Positions 10,445 through 20,115 of a stretch of DNA of 64,000 bases are shown piece by piece (the first letter of the stretch is position 1; every line of letters begins with the position of its first letter). The notes beneath the pieces are model-generated. The model was given only the letters and a program-made list of their open reading frames with translations, did not search any database and was not told the origin of the DNA. The position numbers and the translations under genes were made by a program. The stretch is from a virus. The stretch spans positions 86,129 through 150,128 of IMG/VR virus record IMGVR_UViG_3300013101_002049, one strand, 5' to 3'.

Positions 10445-11098
10445 ATGAAATTAGAGTTTATTGAGGCAACAACTATTCCAGATAGTTGGTTTCAATCTGT
10501 TTATAAAATATTGGATTCTGGTAGAATTTATATAATAGATAGAGGCAGTTATGAAGGTCAACAGCGGTTAGAATTCGATCATATTACTATTCGTATAAAA
10601 TACCCCAATTCAAGACCCCTTCTTCCAGAATGTCCCCCTGGATGTGGTGTACCTAATCCTGCATCCAATGATTATCTTGAGGAATATCTTCCTTATTTAT
10701 TCACATCTTATAAACCAGCTAATACAATTTACACTTATGGTTCTTATCTTGAAAAACAAATAGAAAAAGTTATAGAAATATTTTCTAAAGGCTATCATGG
10801 TACCAATCAGGCTTGTATGACTGTTGGTGATACTGATTCTATTTTTCAATCTGATCCAGCTTGTTTGAAGATAATAGACTGTAGGGTTATAGACGATAAG
10901 TTAAATTTTATAATTTATTTTAGATCCAATGATTTATGGAATGGGTACCCAGTTAATATAGCTTCTTTACAGTTATTAAAGGAATATATTGCTGAGGCAT
11001 CCGGATTGGAAGATGGTGAAATAATATATAATAGTAAAGGTCTTCATTTATATAATCATGTGTGGGATATTGCTAAAGTAGTGGTGAATCATGAATAG
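10445..11098 (+). CDS. thyA: thymidylate synthase-like protein (short ThyA fold)
   Basis: YTYG, catalytic PACL, FRSND, YPVN (Asn indicates dUMP specificity), LHLY. Confidence 0.75.
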   Translation: MKLEFIEATTIPDSWFQSVYKILDSGRIYIIDRGSYEGQQRLEFDHITIRIKYPNSRPLLPECPPGCGVPNPASNDYLEEYLPYLFTSYKPANTIYTYGSYLEKQIEKVIEIFSKGYHGTNQACMTVGDTDSIFQSDPACLKIIDCRVIDDKLNFIIYFRSNDLWNGYPVNIASLQLLKEYIAEASGLEDGEIIYNSKGLHLYNHVWDIAKVVVNHE

Positions 11099-11179
11099 TG
11101 GTAGTGTAAATATATCTATAGTAAATTTGATAAATTTTGGAAATTCCTATAATAATGGTTGTATATTAGGAGTTAAAAA

Positions 11180-11464
11180 ATGGTTGGTGAAGAAGAACTT
11201 GATAAATTATATAAAGATTGCGTAGAAACTTGGGGGGTTGAGGCCCAGTTGAGACAAGCGCAAGAGGAATGTGCTGAATTAATTATCGCTGTAAACCATT
11301 TTTTTAGAAATAGAAAAAGTGGTTTGGATGAGATAATTGAGGAATCTGCTGATGTTTTTTTAATGGTTAATCAAGTTATGGAAATAGTAGGTAGGGATAA
11401 GGTTATGGAAGTCGTATCTTATAAAGCAGGTAGGACTAACAGATTGTTAAAAGGAGATAGTTAG
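11180..11464 (+). CDS. MazG-like NTP pyrophosphohydrolase
   Basis: QAQEECAEL...EESADV acidic motifs. Confidence 0.65.
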   Translation: MVGEEELDKLYKDCVETWGVEAQLRQAQEECAELIIAVNHFFRNRKSGLDEIIEESADVFLMVNQVMEIVGRDKVMEVVSYKAGRTNRLLKGDS

Positions 11465-11465
11465 T

Positions 11466-12596
11466 ATGGAATTTACAATACCAGTTGAGACATTACAGAA
11501 TGTTGTAAGCAGAATGTCTCATATAATTAAATTGACTTCTGATGATGTAACTAGTATGATGTCAATCGAAGTCTATGATGATAGAGTTAAGTTTTGTGGT
11601 ACAGGTGGCGCAGTGCATGTAGTTATGACTGCAAGAGATTGTGAAATTACAGATAAAGGTAAAATTTTATTACAGTTACGTGACGTTAGTAATTATGTAG
11701 GGAAATTTGTACCACTCAGCGATGGTTTTGGAACAGAAAGTTTTAAAATTATAGCGGATGACAGGGAGGGGTTTATCAAAACAAAAACACATTTTGTATC
11801 TGGAAAACCTTCCTATAGGAAGCTAAAATTTAAGACATTTAATACTGGATTACTACCAGCAATTAAAGATTTTGATGATGCTCAGTTAATCGTAAATAGT
11901 GATATTTTATTGGAAGGTCTTAGTAAAATTGTTCATTGTGTTGATCCAGGAGAAATACGTGAAGCTCTTGCGGGGGTATATATCGCAATAGATCAAGACA
12001 AAATAGTCTTTGCTGGTACAAATGGCATCAAATTAGCCGAAGCAAGATTAAATATTGTTGCAGATATAAAACAAGCTCAATATGTTTTAAAGTTCTCTAT
12101 GGCTAATGCGATGAAGCAGTTGTTAGACCATAATTCACAGGTATTTATGAAGTTCGAAGGTAAAGATGTTTACATTAAGTGTAATGATGTGTATATTTCT
12201 GGTGGTTTAGTTTTGAATGAACCATATCCGGATTACAAATCTACATTAAAATCATACGAAAAGATTATATCAATACCACGATATGATTTGGTTGATAGTG
12301 TATCAGCTTCTATCGGTGTTTTAGATCCTGAAGATAATAATCGTTTAACGATAAGATTTGAAGGTAATAAAATGATGTTGAAGAACGATAGGGTAGAAGC
12401 TGTTCATGAATTTGATTATCAATTTGAGCATGATTTAGATGTGGATATAAATGGGTCTTATTTGTTGTCTATGATTACTAATTTCATAGGTGAAAATTTA
12501 GAAATATGTTTTATTGATAACAACAAACCAATTATTTTTAGGTCTAAAGATAATCCTGATCATACCGCTTTGTTGATGTTATTAAGGAGACGTTAA
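11466..12596 (+). CDS. dnaN: DNA polymerase III beta sliding clamp
   Basis: 376 aa; REALAGVY, GTNGIKLA, EPYPDY, INGSYL, KPIIF and C-terminal LLMLLR match the DnaN pattern. Confidence 0.85.
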   Translation: MEFTIPVETLQNVVSRMSHIIKLTSDDVTSMMSIEVYDDRVKFCGTGGAVHVVMTARDCEITDKGKILLQLRDVSNYVGKFVPLSDGFGTESFKIIADDREGFIKTKTHFVSGKPSYRKLKFKTFNTGLLPAIKDFDDAQLIVNSDILLEGLSKIVHCVDPGEIREALAGVYIAIDQDKIVFAGTNGIKLAEARLNIVADIKQAQYVLKFSMANAMKQLLDHNSQVFMKFEGKDVYIKCNDVYISGGLVLNEPYPDYKSTLKSYEKIISIPRYDLVDSVSASIGVLDPEDNNRLTIRFEGNKMMLKNDRVEAVHEFDYQFEHDLDVDINGSYLLSMITNFIGENLEICFIDNNKPIIFRSKDNPDHTALLMLLRRR

Positions 12597-13162
12597 TGAT
12601 TGAAGATCAAACTAATTTATTTTCCGATGGGAAATCTATTGAAGAGGCTCGCATTGATGCTGCTAAAGATATATTGCTTGCGGCAGGATATCGTATAATT
12701 GATCCTATAATGATTAATGATCAGATAACAACACAAAAATGTTTGAGGGATTATTTTTATATGCGTTTGGATTCTAAATATCCAAATAGACGTTTATTAC
12801 GCCAGCCTAATATAAAATATGATATGCAGATGATTAGTCGATTTGTTAAATCTCAAATGGACGGTGCTAGTGAGAAACGTGCAATACAGGAATGTGTTAG
12901 AATTATTGATGCATTATTTAATTATGAGGAAGAATTTAATTTTAAATATCCTATATCTGATATAGGCATTTTAGGTCAAGGTAAATTGGCGTGGATTACA
13001 GAAAAAGCTCTTATAATTCTTGATAAAAAACGTCATGAGAAAATTGAAAAAGAAATGTATAAAAAAGCCGATGAAATAGAAAATGCTTGTGATGTTGATG
13101 TGGAAGAAAGAATACGTAGTTTAGACGCTTTGTTAGAAAATATGGGGGCTAATAATGGTTAA
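12596..13162 (+). CDS. hypothetical protein with N-terminal QTNLF clamp-binding-like motif
   Basis: Translationally coupled to dnaN (TAATG overlap); QxxLF at residues 5-9. Confidence 0.5.
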   Translation: MIEDQTNLFSDGKSIEEARIDAAKDILLAAGYRIIDPIMINDQITTQKCLRDYFYMRLDSKYPNRRLLRQPNIKYDMQMISRFVKSQMDGASEKRAIQECVRIIDALFNYEEEFNFKYPISDIGILGQGKLAWITEKALIILDKKRHEKIEKEMYKKADEIENACDVDVEERIRSLDALLENMGANNG

Positions 13163-14201
13163 AAAGAAAGAAAAGGATAAGGAAAAGCCTAAAAAAATGG
13201 TTAATTTGTTACAACTTGCTGAAAAAACCATTGAAAAAAAGTATGGTAAGGGCATAATTAGCAGTTTAGGTGAGCATGAGGACTTAATTATAGATGCTAT
13301 TTCAACCGGTTGTTTATCATTGGATGCGGCTTTAGGCATTGGGGGGTTTGCTCGAGGTCGTTTGTATGAGGTGTTTGGTCCTCATAGTAGTGGTAAATCT
13401 ACCTTAGCACTTAGTGTTATTATGCAAGCATTATTAAGATCTTTGGTAGTAGTGTATATAGATGCTGAACATGCTCTTGATCCTAAATTGGTAAGAAATA
13501 TGGGAAAACAAGTCGGGGTGGATGCAGACCAGATCAAACTAGTGCAAGCATATACTGGTGACGATAATTTACAAATTGCGGAAGAGTTAATGAAAACTGG
13601 CGAAGTAGATATTGTTGTTGTTGATAGTGTATCGGCACTTTTACCAAAAGGCATGGCTGAGGGTGAGATTGGTGATAATTATATTGGCCAATTAGCAAGG
13701 TTGATGAGTAAAGCTTGTAATAAACTTACACCGGTAGCTAATCGCACTAATACTCTTTTAATTTTTATTAATCAGATTAGACATGATATTGGTAAATGGG
13801 GTGATAGTCGAGTACCTACAGGTGGAGAGGCATTGGCTTTTTATGCAACTGGACGTATACGTGTTGAAGGTGGTGAAAGTAAATCCACACGTATTTTGAA
13901 TGATGATGGTGTGGTAATCGGTCATGAAAGTAATTTTTTAGTGATAAAAAACAAACTTGCTGCTCCTTGGAGAACAGCTAAAATAAATTTGATTTATGGA
14001 CAGGGGTATGATTTTGCAGCTGAAGTAGTAAATTTATCTATTGATTTTGGTCTTATAGAACAATCTGGTGCGTGGTTTGAGGCTGATGGTTATCGTATAC
14101 AAGGTAAGAAGAATTTGGTTGATTTATTTAGGGAAAAACCTGAATTGTATACTGATTATCGTAGTAAATGCATGGCTATGGTGGGGCTAAAAGATGAGTA
14201 A
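13155..14201 (+). CDS. recA: RecA recombinase
   Basis: STGCLSLDAALGIGG, GPHSSGKST, IDAEHALD, VVDSV, FINQIR, GGEALAFYA. Confidence 0.95.
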   Translation: MVKKKEKDKEKPKKMVNLLQLAEKTIEKKYGKGIISSLGEHEDLIIDAISTGCLSLDAALGIGGFARGRLYEVFGPHSSGKSTLALSVIMQALLRSLVVVYIDAEHALDPKLVRNMGKQVGVDADQIKLVQAYTGDDNLQIAEELMKTGEVDIVVVDSVSALLPKGMAEGEIGDNYIGQLARLMSKACNKLTPVANRTNTLLIFINQIRHDIGKWGDSRVPTGGEALAFYATGRIRVEGGESKSTRILNDDGVVIGHESNFLVIKNKLAAPWRTAKINLIYGQGYDFAAEVVNLSIDFGLIEQSGAWFEADGYRIQGKKNLVDLFREKPELYTDYRSKCMAMVGLKDE

Positions 14202-14538
14202 GCAATCCAATGACATTTACGATTTGTTAGTTAAAACATTTCCATATAGTATAGTGAAAAAGGAATATTATATTAAATACAAAGGGCAAAAATTGTTTTT
14301 TGATTTTTATGTCAAGGACTTTAATTTATTGTTTGAAGTTCAAGGTCGGCAGCATAGTGAATATGTAAGTCATTTTCACGGCAATCGTCAGGGATTTCTG
14401 GAAACTAAACGGCGTGATAATCTCAAAATTCAGTATTGTCAAGAAAATGATTTGGATTTAATAACGATTAACTATGATGAAGAAATAATTACATCAGATG
14501 AATTGATTGAAAAGATAAATAGTATATTGAGTCGATAG
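14194..14538 (+). CDS. PD-(D/E)XK / Vsr-like endonuclease
   Basis: FDFY...FEVQGRQH...RDNLK motif. Confidence 0.65.
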   Translation: MSKQSNDIYDLLVKTFPYSIVKKEYYIKYKGQKLFFDFYVKDFNLLFEVQGRQHSEYVSHFHGNRQGFLETKRRDNLKIQYCQENDLDLITINYDEEIITSDELIEKINSILSR

Positions 14539-14551
14539 AGGTAATATTTTT

Positions 14552-14809
14552 ATGGTAGATATAATAATTAAAGATCAGAAAGATGATATATTAGATAAAG
14601 ATTGCCCTGATTTTGTTTCGTTGGAAGATGGAACAATAATAGGTGATAAGAAATATTGTAATCTTTCATTTCAATGTAAACAAATTGGTTTTTACTCTGA
14701 GTATTGTGAATTTTTTGATGAAGAAGGTAATGTGGTACTTAAAGATTATCTATGTACTGGTAAAAGGTTGAAGCCAGGGGAAGCCACTAAAGATGAGGAA
14801 GCCAGATAA
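14552..14809 (+). CDS. hypothetical Cys-rich protein
   Basis: ORF with GAGG SD, coupled to the next gene. Confidence 0.5.
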   Translation: MVDIIIKDQKDDILDKDCPDFVSLEDGTIIGDKKYCNLSFQCKQIGFYSEYCEFFDEEGNVVLKDYLCTGKRLKPGEATKDEEAR

Positions 14810-15279
14810 TGAATATGCCTGATTATTTAAAGCGACGTTCAGAAGAACTTTTACTTGACAAGATGCCAAGGAATGGACATATTATGGATGAAATATTTCA
14901 ATTTGATGTAAGGAATTTGGAATCAACCACTTCGCTTAAAATAAGTCAGTTTGTTATTGGTTTATCTCAGTTTTTGATTTACTTTGGCTCACAGATTAAC
15001 CAAACTAAAGTAGCATTGATGCGGAAACGTAATGTAATTGATTCATATATAGATAAATCTGATATAAAGGCTAGAACTAAAGCTGAAAAGCGCTGTAAGG
15101 TTATTGATTCTAATCCAGAATTACAGCAGATTGAATTGGGTATAGAATTAGCCGAACAAGAGTTAGCATTGGTTGAAAATAGAGAGAAGTATTTAATAGA
15201 ATTAATTAATAGTTTTAAACGTGAACTGACTCGTCGCGAAAATGAATTAAAATTAATTAGAACTGAGAGAAGATCATAA
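14809..15279 (+). CDS. hypothetical coiled-coil protein (possibly UvsY-like recombination mediator)
   Basis: Helical, E/K/L-rich; between recA and dnaB; the UvsY call is a guess from size and context. Confidence 0.4.
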   Translation: MNMPDYLKRRSEELLLDKMPRNGHIMDEIFQFDVRNLESTTSLKISQFVIGLSQFLIYFGSQINQTKVALMRKRNVIDSYIDKSDIKARTKAEKRCKVIDSNPELQQIELGIELAEQELALVENREKYLIELINSFKRELTRRENELKLIRTERRS

Positions 15280-16733
15280 TGAGTGAGGGTATCAAAAATT
15301 TATTTTGCCGTGCTATATATGAACGTGCAGTTTTAGCGTATTGTTTTAGATCAGCCGATAATTATTATACAATTACGTCTATAGTTTCTGGTGATGATTT
15401 TCTTAGTCCTGAGCATAAACTTATTTTCACTATTTTAGGAACATTAATCAAGCGCGGCGTATCATCATTCGATAGTACTTTGGTAATTAATGAGGCTAAA
15501 ACTGATGGTGTTTTAAAGCAAGTTGGTGGATATGAGTATGTAGATGCTGTTATAGGTACAGATGTAAGTGATGGTAATTTAGAATATTATGTTAAAAAAT
15601 TACTTGATGCAAGCACGAAATACAAACTTTATAATCGCTTAAAAAAGCACTGCCGTACTTTAGAAGATAAAGCACAAGACGAAGATATCACTTCTGATAA
15701 TTTGATGAATTTGGCTGAGTCAGATATTATGGATTTGTCGATGCAATCAAAGTTTGTTAAAGAACCCAAAAATTTATCTGATGGTTTGGAAGAATATATT
15801 GAAGAGCGACGTAATAATCCGATTGAATATTGTGGTATTAGTAGTGGTTTTCCGATAGTTGATAAGCGCATAGATGGATTAGTTCCTGGAACATTACATG
15901 TTATTTGTGCTCGACCAAAAGAAGGTAAGAGTACGTTTTTATCTTGTGTAAGTTCCTATGTAGCTTATAATTTGCGTAAGCCGGTATTATACGTGGATAC
16001 TGAAATGCCTTTTGAACAATGGCGAGATAGAATAGTTTCAATGCTTTCTGGTGTTCCTGAAAGACGTGTAAAACATGGTGGATATAACGATGATGAATAT
16101 GAACGTATATCAAAAGCATTAACTCTCATCAAAGGTAGTAAATTGTTCCATGAATTTATGCCTGGTTATGATGTTGATAAATTAATATCAGTTTATAAAA
16201 AGTATAAGTATAAAGAAGATATTGGTTTAGCAGTCTTTGATTACATTAAAGCACCTTCTGGATCAGATTTTCAGAATAAGAAGGAGTATCAAATCATCGG
16301 CGATGTAACCACTGCATTGAAAGATTTGTCAGGTGAATTAGATATACCAGTATTGGCTGCTAATCAGATTAATCGACAAGAAGATATTGCTGATAGTGAT
16401 AGAGTATTGAGATATGCAGATGTTATAGCTTTTTTTCGAAGACGTACTGCTGAAGAGTTAAAGGATATTGAAGATAAATACGCGCCATTTCATAATGATT
16501 ACGGTACGTATAAGTTGTGGATAAAAGAAAGTCGTAGGGGTGGTCATACACCACCCGACGGTATTGGGTTTTCATTTAAAAAACGAATGTTATTGGTGCA
16601 TGAATCTAAGCGACAACTGATAGATTACGATAGTTCTGAATATAATGAAAAAGAGGAAGTTGAAGATGAACACAGTACTCCAGATGCAACCGACAGCACA
16701 GTGGAGAAAGCCGATGGAAAGTCGTATTTCTAA
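15279..16733 (+). CDS. dnaB: replicative DNA helicase
   Basis: N-terminal ERAVLA/DFLSPEHKLIF, Walker A ARPKEGKST, DTEM, FDYI, ANQINR. Confidence 0.9.
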   Translation: MSEGIKNLFCRAIYERAVLAYCFRSADNYYTITSIVSGDDFLSPEHKLIFTILGTLIKRGVSSFDSTLVINEAKTDGVLKQVGGYEYVDAVIGTDVSDGNLEYYVKKLLDASTKYKLYNRLKKHCRTLEDKAQDEDITSDNLMNLAESDIMDLSMQSKFVKEPKNLSDGLEEYIEERRNNPIEYCGISSGFPIVDKRIDGLVPGTLHVICARPKEGKSTFLSCVSSYVAYNLRKPVLYVDTEMPFEQWRDRIVSMLSGVPERRVKHGGYNDDEYERISKALTLIKGSKLFHEFMPGYDVDKLISVYKKYKYKEDIGLAVFDYIKAPSGSDFQNKKEYQIIGDVTTALKDLSGELDIPVLAANQINRQEDIADSDRVLRYADVIAFFRRRTAEELKDIEDKYAPFHNDYGTYKLWIKESRRGGHTPPDGIGFSFKKRMLLVHESKRQLIDYDSSEYNEKEEVEDEHSTPDATDSTVEKADGKSYF

Positions 16734-17736
16734 AGAGGAGTTTAATTATAGATTAACACGGTTACAGGAAGCCGTAGATGCTGAACAGTTGTTGCGTTTA
16801 TTGGGTTTTCAAATAACTCGTGTAACTGAAAGAGAAGTACGTGCCCCATGTGCTGTTCATGGTGGTGATAATAAAACGGCGTTTAGAATGAATAAAGATA
16901 CTAAAAGATGGGTGTGTTTTTCTCATCAATGCCACGAAGATATTGGATTCGGTGTAATCGATTTAGTAAAACATATGCTAAATATGAATTTTGCTGAAGC
17001 GGTCAAATATTTAGAAAGTATTACTGGTATAGATATTCATGATGAATCTGACTATGTTGAATATCAACGACAAAAAGAACGACAGGAAGTTATACATCAA
17101 GCTGATAATCGTAAAATACCACTAGCATTAATTGATGAGTCGTTTTTAAATAGTTTCGGGAAGTTTAGATCTGATTATTTTGAACACGAAGAAAATGGTG
17201 GTTTTTCAAAAGAATTATTAGATCTATTTGAAATAGGTGGTGGTTACGTTGATAAATTTGGATTTCAACGAGATGTTATACCAATACACGATGTTAATGG
17301 TAGATTATTAGCATACAGTGCTCGAGATATTACTGGAAAAGCGGATTATGATTATAAGTATTTACTAACTGAAGGATTTGACAAAGATAAAGTTTTATAT
17401 AATCTGTTTCGAGCAAAAGATTATATGACAGAATCTCGTATTATTATTGTTGTTGAAGGGTTTAAATCTGTTTGGAATTTACATCGATCAGGATATAAAA
17501 ATGTTGTTGCGTGTATGGGTAGTACTATTACATCTGGACAACAGAATTTATTATATAAACATGCTTTTAAAGTAATAACTTTATTTGATGGGGATGAAGC
17601 AGGCATCAAAGGTACTCTTAGGGCTTTGAATGATATGAAAGGTAAGATAGATATAATACCACTATTTATACCATATGCTGAAAAAGATCCAGGAGATCTT
17701 ACTATAAACGAACTACATGGTATTTTAAGGAGATAG
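16714..17736 (+). CDS. dnaG: DNA primase (CHC2 Zn finger + TOPRIM)
   Basis: CAVHGGD...CFSHQC; VVEGFKS; FDGDEAG; KDPGD; start moved to ATG 16714 after GGAG. Confidence 0.88.
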   Translation: MESRISKEEFNYRLTRLQEAVDAEQLLRLLGFQITRVTEREVRAPCAVHGGDNKTAFRMNKDTKRWVCFSHQCHEDIGFGVIDLVKHMLNMNFAEAVKYLESITGIDIHDESDYVEYQRQKERQEVIHQADNRKIPLALIDESFLNSFGKFRSDYFEHEENGGFSKELLDLFEIGGGYVDKFGFQRDVIPIHDVNGRLLAYSARDITGKADYDYKYLLTEGFDKDKVLYNLFRAKDYMTESRIIIVVEGFKSVWNLHRSGYKNVVACMGSTITSGQQNLLYKHAFKVITLFDGDEAGIKGTLRALNDMKGKIDIIPLFIPYAEKDPGDLTINELHGILRR

Positions 17737-17738
17737 CG

Positions 17739-18098
17739 ATGAAAGATTCTTTTAAAAAGGTGATTGGCACACCTACTATGATGATGTTACCAGCAAGAAA
17801 TTATACATTTAAAGTTTTTGAAGAAGATTATAGTATAATTTTACCGAGAAAAGGTAAATACAAAGATTTTGATGATGAGTTATTTAGTGAAGAAGATGGT
17901 GAATTCAATATAATGGATCATATAAGTGAAGAAACTGGTCATGTATTGTTTATGCCGTCATTATCAAAAGTTTTGTTTGCTACTGCACAGTATCCAGATT
18001 TAGAAGAAGATCAAGCTTTTGTGCCTGTTGCGTTAATTATTCGTAACGAAGAGGTAGAAATTTTAGGTAATGTAATTCAGATGATAAAGGAGAATTAA
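17739..18098 (+). CDS. hypothetical acidic protein
   Basis: ORF with AAGGAG SD. Confidence 0.55.
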   Translation: MKDSFKKVIGTPTMMMLPARNYTFKVFEEDYSIILPRKGKYKDFDDELFSEEDGEFNIMDHISEETGHVLFMPSLSKVLFATAQYPDLEEDQAFVPVALIIRNEEVEILGNVIQMIKEN

Positions 18099-18099
18099 T

Positions 18100-18489
18100 A
18101 TGACAGAGTTGATTAGTGATCGAAAATGTCCGTCTTGTGGTAATAATACTGGAGTGGTAATGCATTTTGAAGAAATTCCTTGTACTTGTGGTAGGTCAGT
18201 AAAAATGGAATATATAGTATGTGAATGTGGATATTCTTGGCGATCTGCTGATGATAAGTTCCTTGATGGCTGTATAATTAATGTAGAAAATGTGGAAGAA
18301 TTGATTAATGAAGTAGAGGAATTTTTCGAAGATCAAGGCGTGTTTAATAATATGCAACAAGGTGGAAGTATGGAAGAGCTAATTCATAGATGTTTAAGAT
18401 GCGGCGAAGTAGTCGTTCAAGTAAATCCTACAACATTTGAATGCCCTATATGCGGATTTTCTTGGGAAATGGGTGAGTTTAATGAATAA
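18100..18489 (+). CDS. zinc-ribbon protein
   Basis: CPSC, CTC, CEC, CLRC and CPIC pairs. Confidence 0.6.
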   Translation: MTELISDRKCPSCGNNTGVVMHFEEIPCTCGRSVKMEYIVCECGYSWRSADDKFLDGCIINVENVEELINEVEEFFEDQGVFNNMQQGGSMEELIHRCLRCGEVVVQVNPTTFECPICGFSWEMGEFNE

Positions 18490-18973
18490 TATATTATCGT
18501 TTGATGTTTCTTCGGTAAAAACTGGGTGGTCTTTTATAAAAGAAGGCAAATTAAAAGAGTTTGGTTTGATTGTGCCACCGAAGAGTTTTGCTATTCAGGA
18601 AAAGTTATATTGGTTTAAGAACGAAGTTAAGGCATTATTTAAAATTTATTTTCCTGAATATGTAGTTATAGAAGAGACATATTTGAAAAATGTTAAAACT
18701 TTAAAAACATTAATGCAATTTATAGGGGTAATAAATTTGGAGTGCTTTTGTGAATTAGGAGAAGAGCCCACGTTTGTTAGTCCCCAAACTGTTCGTAGTT
18801 ATTATGAGTTAAAAACTAAAGAAGAAGTATTTGATTACGTTAAAAACAAATACAAGGTTAAATTAAAAAATTATACATTTGAAACGGGAAATGATATAAC
18901 TGATTCAATTTTACAAGGTTTATATATAAATCAGGTGTTATTGGAAGTTCAAGAAGGAGATCAATATGAGTGA
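18482..18973 (+). CDS. RuvC-like Holliday junction resolvase
   Basis: ILSFDVSSVKTGW, VVIEE, NDITDS; start at ATG 18482. Confidence 0.75.
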   Translation: MNNILSFDVSSVKTGWSFIKEGKLKEFGLIVPPKSFAIQEKLYWFKNEVKALFKIYFPEYVVIEETYLKNVKTLKTLMQFIGVINLECFCELGEEPTFVSPQTVRSYYELKTKEEVFDYVKNKYKVKLKNYTFETGNDITDSILQGLYINQVLLEVQEGDQYE

Positions 18974-20105
18974 AAATAAACAAATTTTTATGTCAGCAAC
19001 ACGTATGTCCACTTATCTGACTTGTAAGTGGAAATATTGGTGTGGTTATGTATTACACTTGCCTCGAAAGGATAATGTTTCGTTTAAGTTAGGTATAGCG
19101 GTACATGAGTCTTTAGCTAAGGCAGGTGAGATTTGGAAGAAGAAAGAACAATTCACTGCGAGTGATATTAGACGTATCAAAGATGAGTATAGGAAGATAG
19201 CTGCTCGAGAAGGTATCCAGAATATGTCAATTTATGATGATGGGTTAGAAATGGTTTTAAATCGGGTTGACTCATTTGACGCGGGTACTATAATAACTGT
19301 TGAGGATAGATTTAAAGTAACTACACCAGATGGAGTTATTATTATTGGTGCTATGGATAAAGTTTTAGAGTTAAATGACGAAAGTTTGTTGGTTGTGGAT
19401 TATAAAACCTCTAAATACTTTTTGACTCCAGATGAGTTGAAAGCTGATATTCAGTTGTCTATTTATGATTTGGTGGCAAGTCTTAAATTTCCTGATTATA
19501 AGCGTATTATTTTGTCTTTGGATTATCTAAGAGGTGAACCAGTTTATACTTATAGAACTGTTAAAGAACGTAAAACATTTGCTAAATATTTATTGGCTGT
19601 TCATAATGAGATGCTAAAATTGGAAGAGAAGGACGCGAAACCTACCATCAATGATATGTGTAATTGGTGTGATTTTAAGGATAGTTGCTCTGCTTATAAG
19701 GATTCAGTTGTAAAAAAAAGCATTTTCAAAAAAAATCTAAACGAGTACGACAACGACGAACTGGTAGCCGAGTATCTCGACGTAAAAAATAAAGCTCGCA
19801 TCTTGTATGAATATGAAAAGCAACTAAAGACCCATATTATGCAGAAGATAAATGAAGAAGAAAGTGATTTAATTGGTAGTGGAAAACTAATGTATATTAA
19901 GCAAAATGGTAAAGTAACGTATGATCCTGCTACTATTTCTAAGCATGTACCAAAAGCAGATTTTCTTAAAATGGTAACAGTAGGAAAGAAATTTGTGGAT
20001 GAGTATTTAAGAGCTCATCCTGAAGTAAGACCGTTGGTTATGGAAACAGCGAGGAAAAATTTTACATTACCATTTTTGGCTTATCGAACACTGAAAAAGA
20101 AATAG
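18966..20105 (+). CDS. PD-(D/E)XK exonuclease (RecB/Cas4-like)
   Basis: SATRMSTYLTC, GIAVH, GAMDKV, VDYKT, QLSIY, CNWCDFKDSC. Confidence 0.8.
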   Translation: MSENKQIFMSATRMSTYLTCKWKYWCGYVLHLPRKDNVSFKLGIAVHESLAKAGEIWKKKEQFTASDIRRIKDEYRKIAAREGIQNMSIYDDGLEMVLNRVDSFDAGTIITVEDRFKVTTPDGVIIIGAMDKVLELNDESLLVVDYKTSKYFLTPDELKADIQLSIYDLVASLKFPDYKRIILSLDYLRGEPVYTYRTVKERKTFAKYLLAVHNEMLKLEEKDAKPTINDMCNWCDFKDSCSAYKDSVVKKSIFKKNLNEYDNDELVAEYLDVKNKARILYEYEKQLKTHIMQKINEEESDLIGSGKLMYIKQNGKVTYDPATISKHVPKADFLKMVTVGKKFVDEYLRAHPEVRPLVMETARKNFTLPFLAYRTLKKK

Positions 20106-20115
20106 GAGGAGTATT

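Noticed and set aside
10445-11098. ThyA-like gene as a dCMP hydroxymethylase feeding DNA glycosylation
   Set aside because: The specificity residue is Asn (YPVN), indicating dUMP. With dUTPase and dCMP deaminase present, ordinary dTMP synthesis is the simplest reading. A dUMP hydroxymethylase is not formally excluded.
11127-11156. TTGATA...TATAAT promoter before the MazG-like gene
   Set aside because: Spacer is 15 bp (or 18 bp to a weaker -10) and it does not match the CTAGCA consensus; likely chance in AT-rich DNA.
18966-20105. Cas4-like nuclease as part of a CRISPR-Cas system
   Set aside because: No repeat-spacer array or other cas genes seen; stand-alone PD-(D/E)XK exonucleases are common in phage recombination modules.
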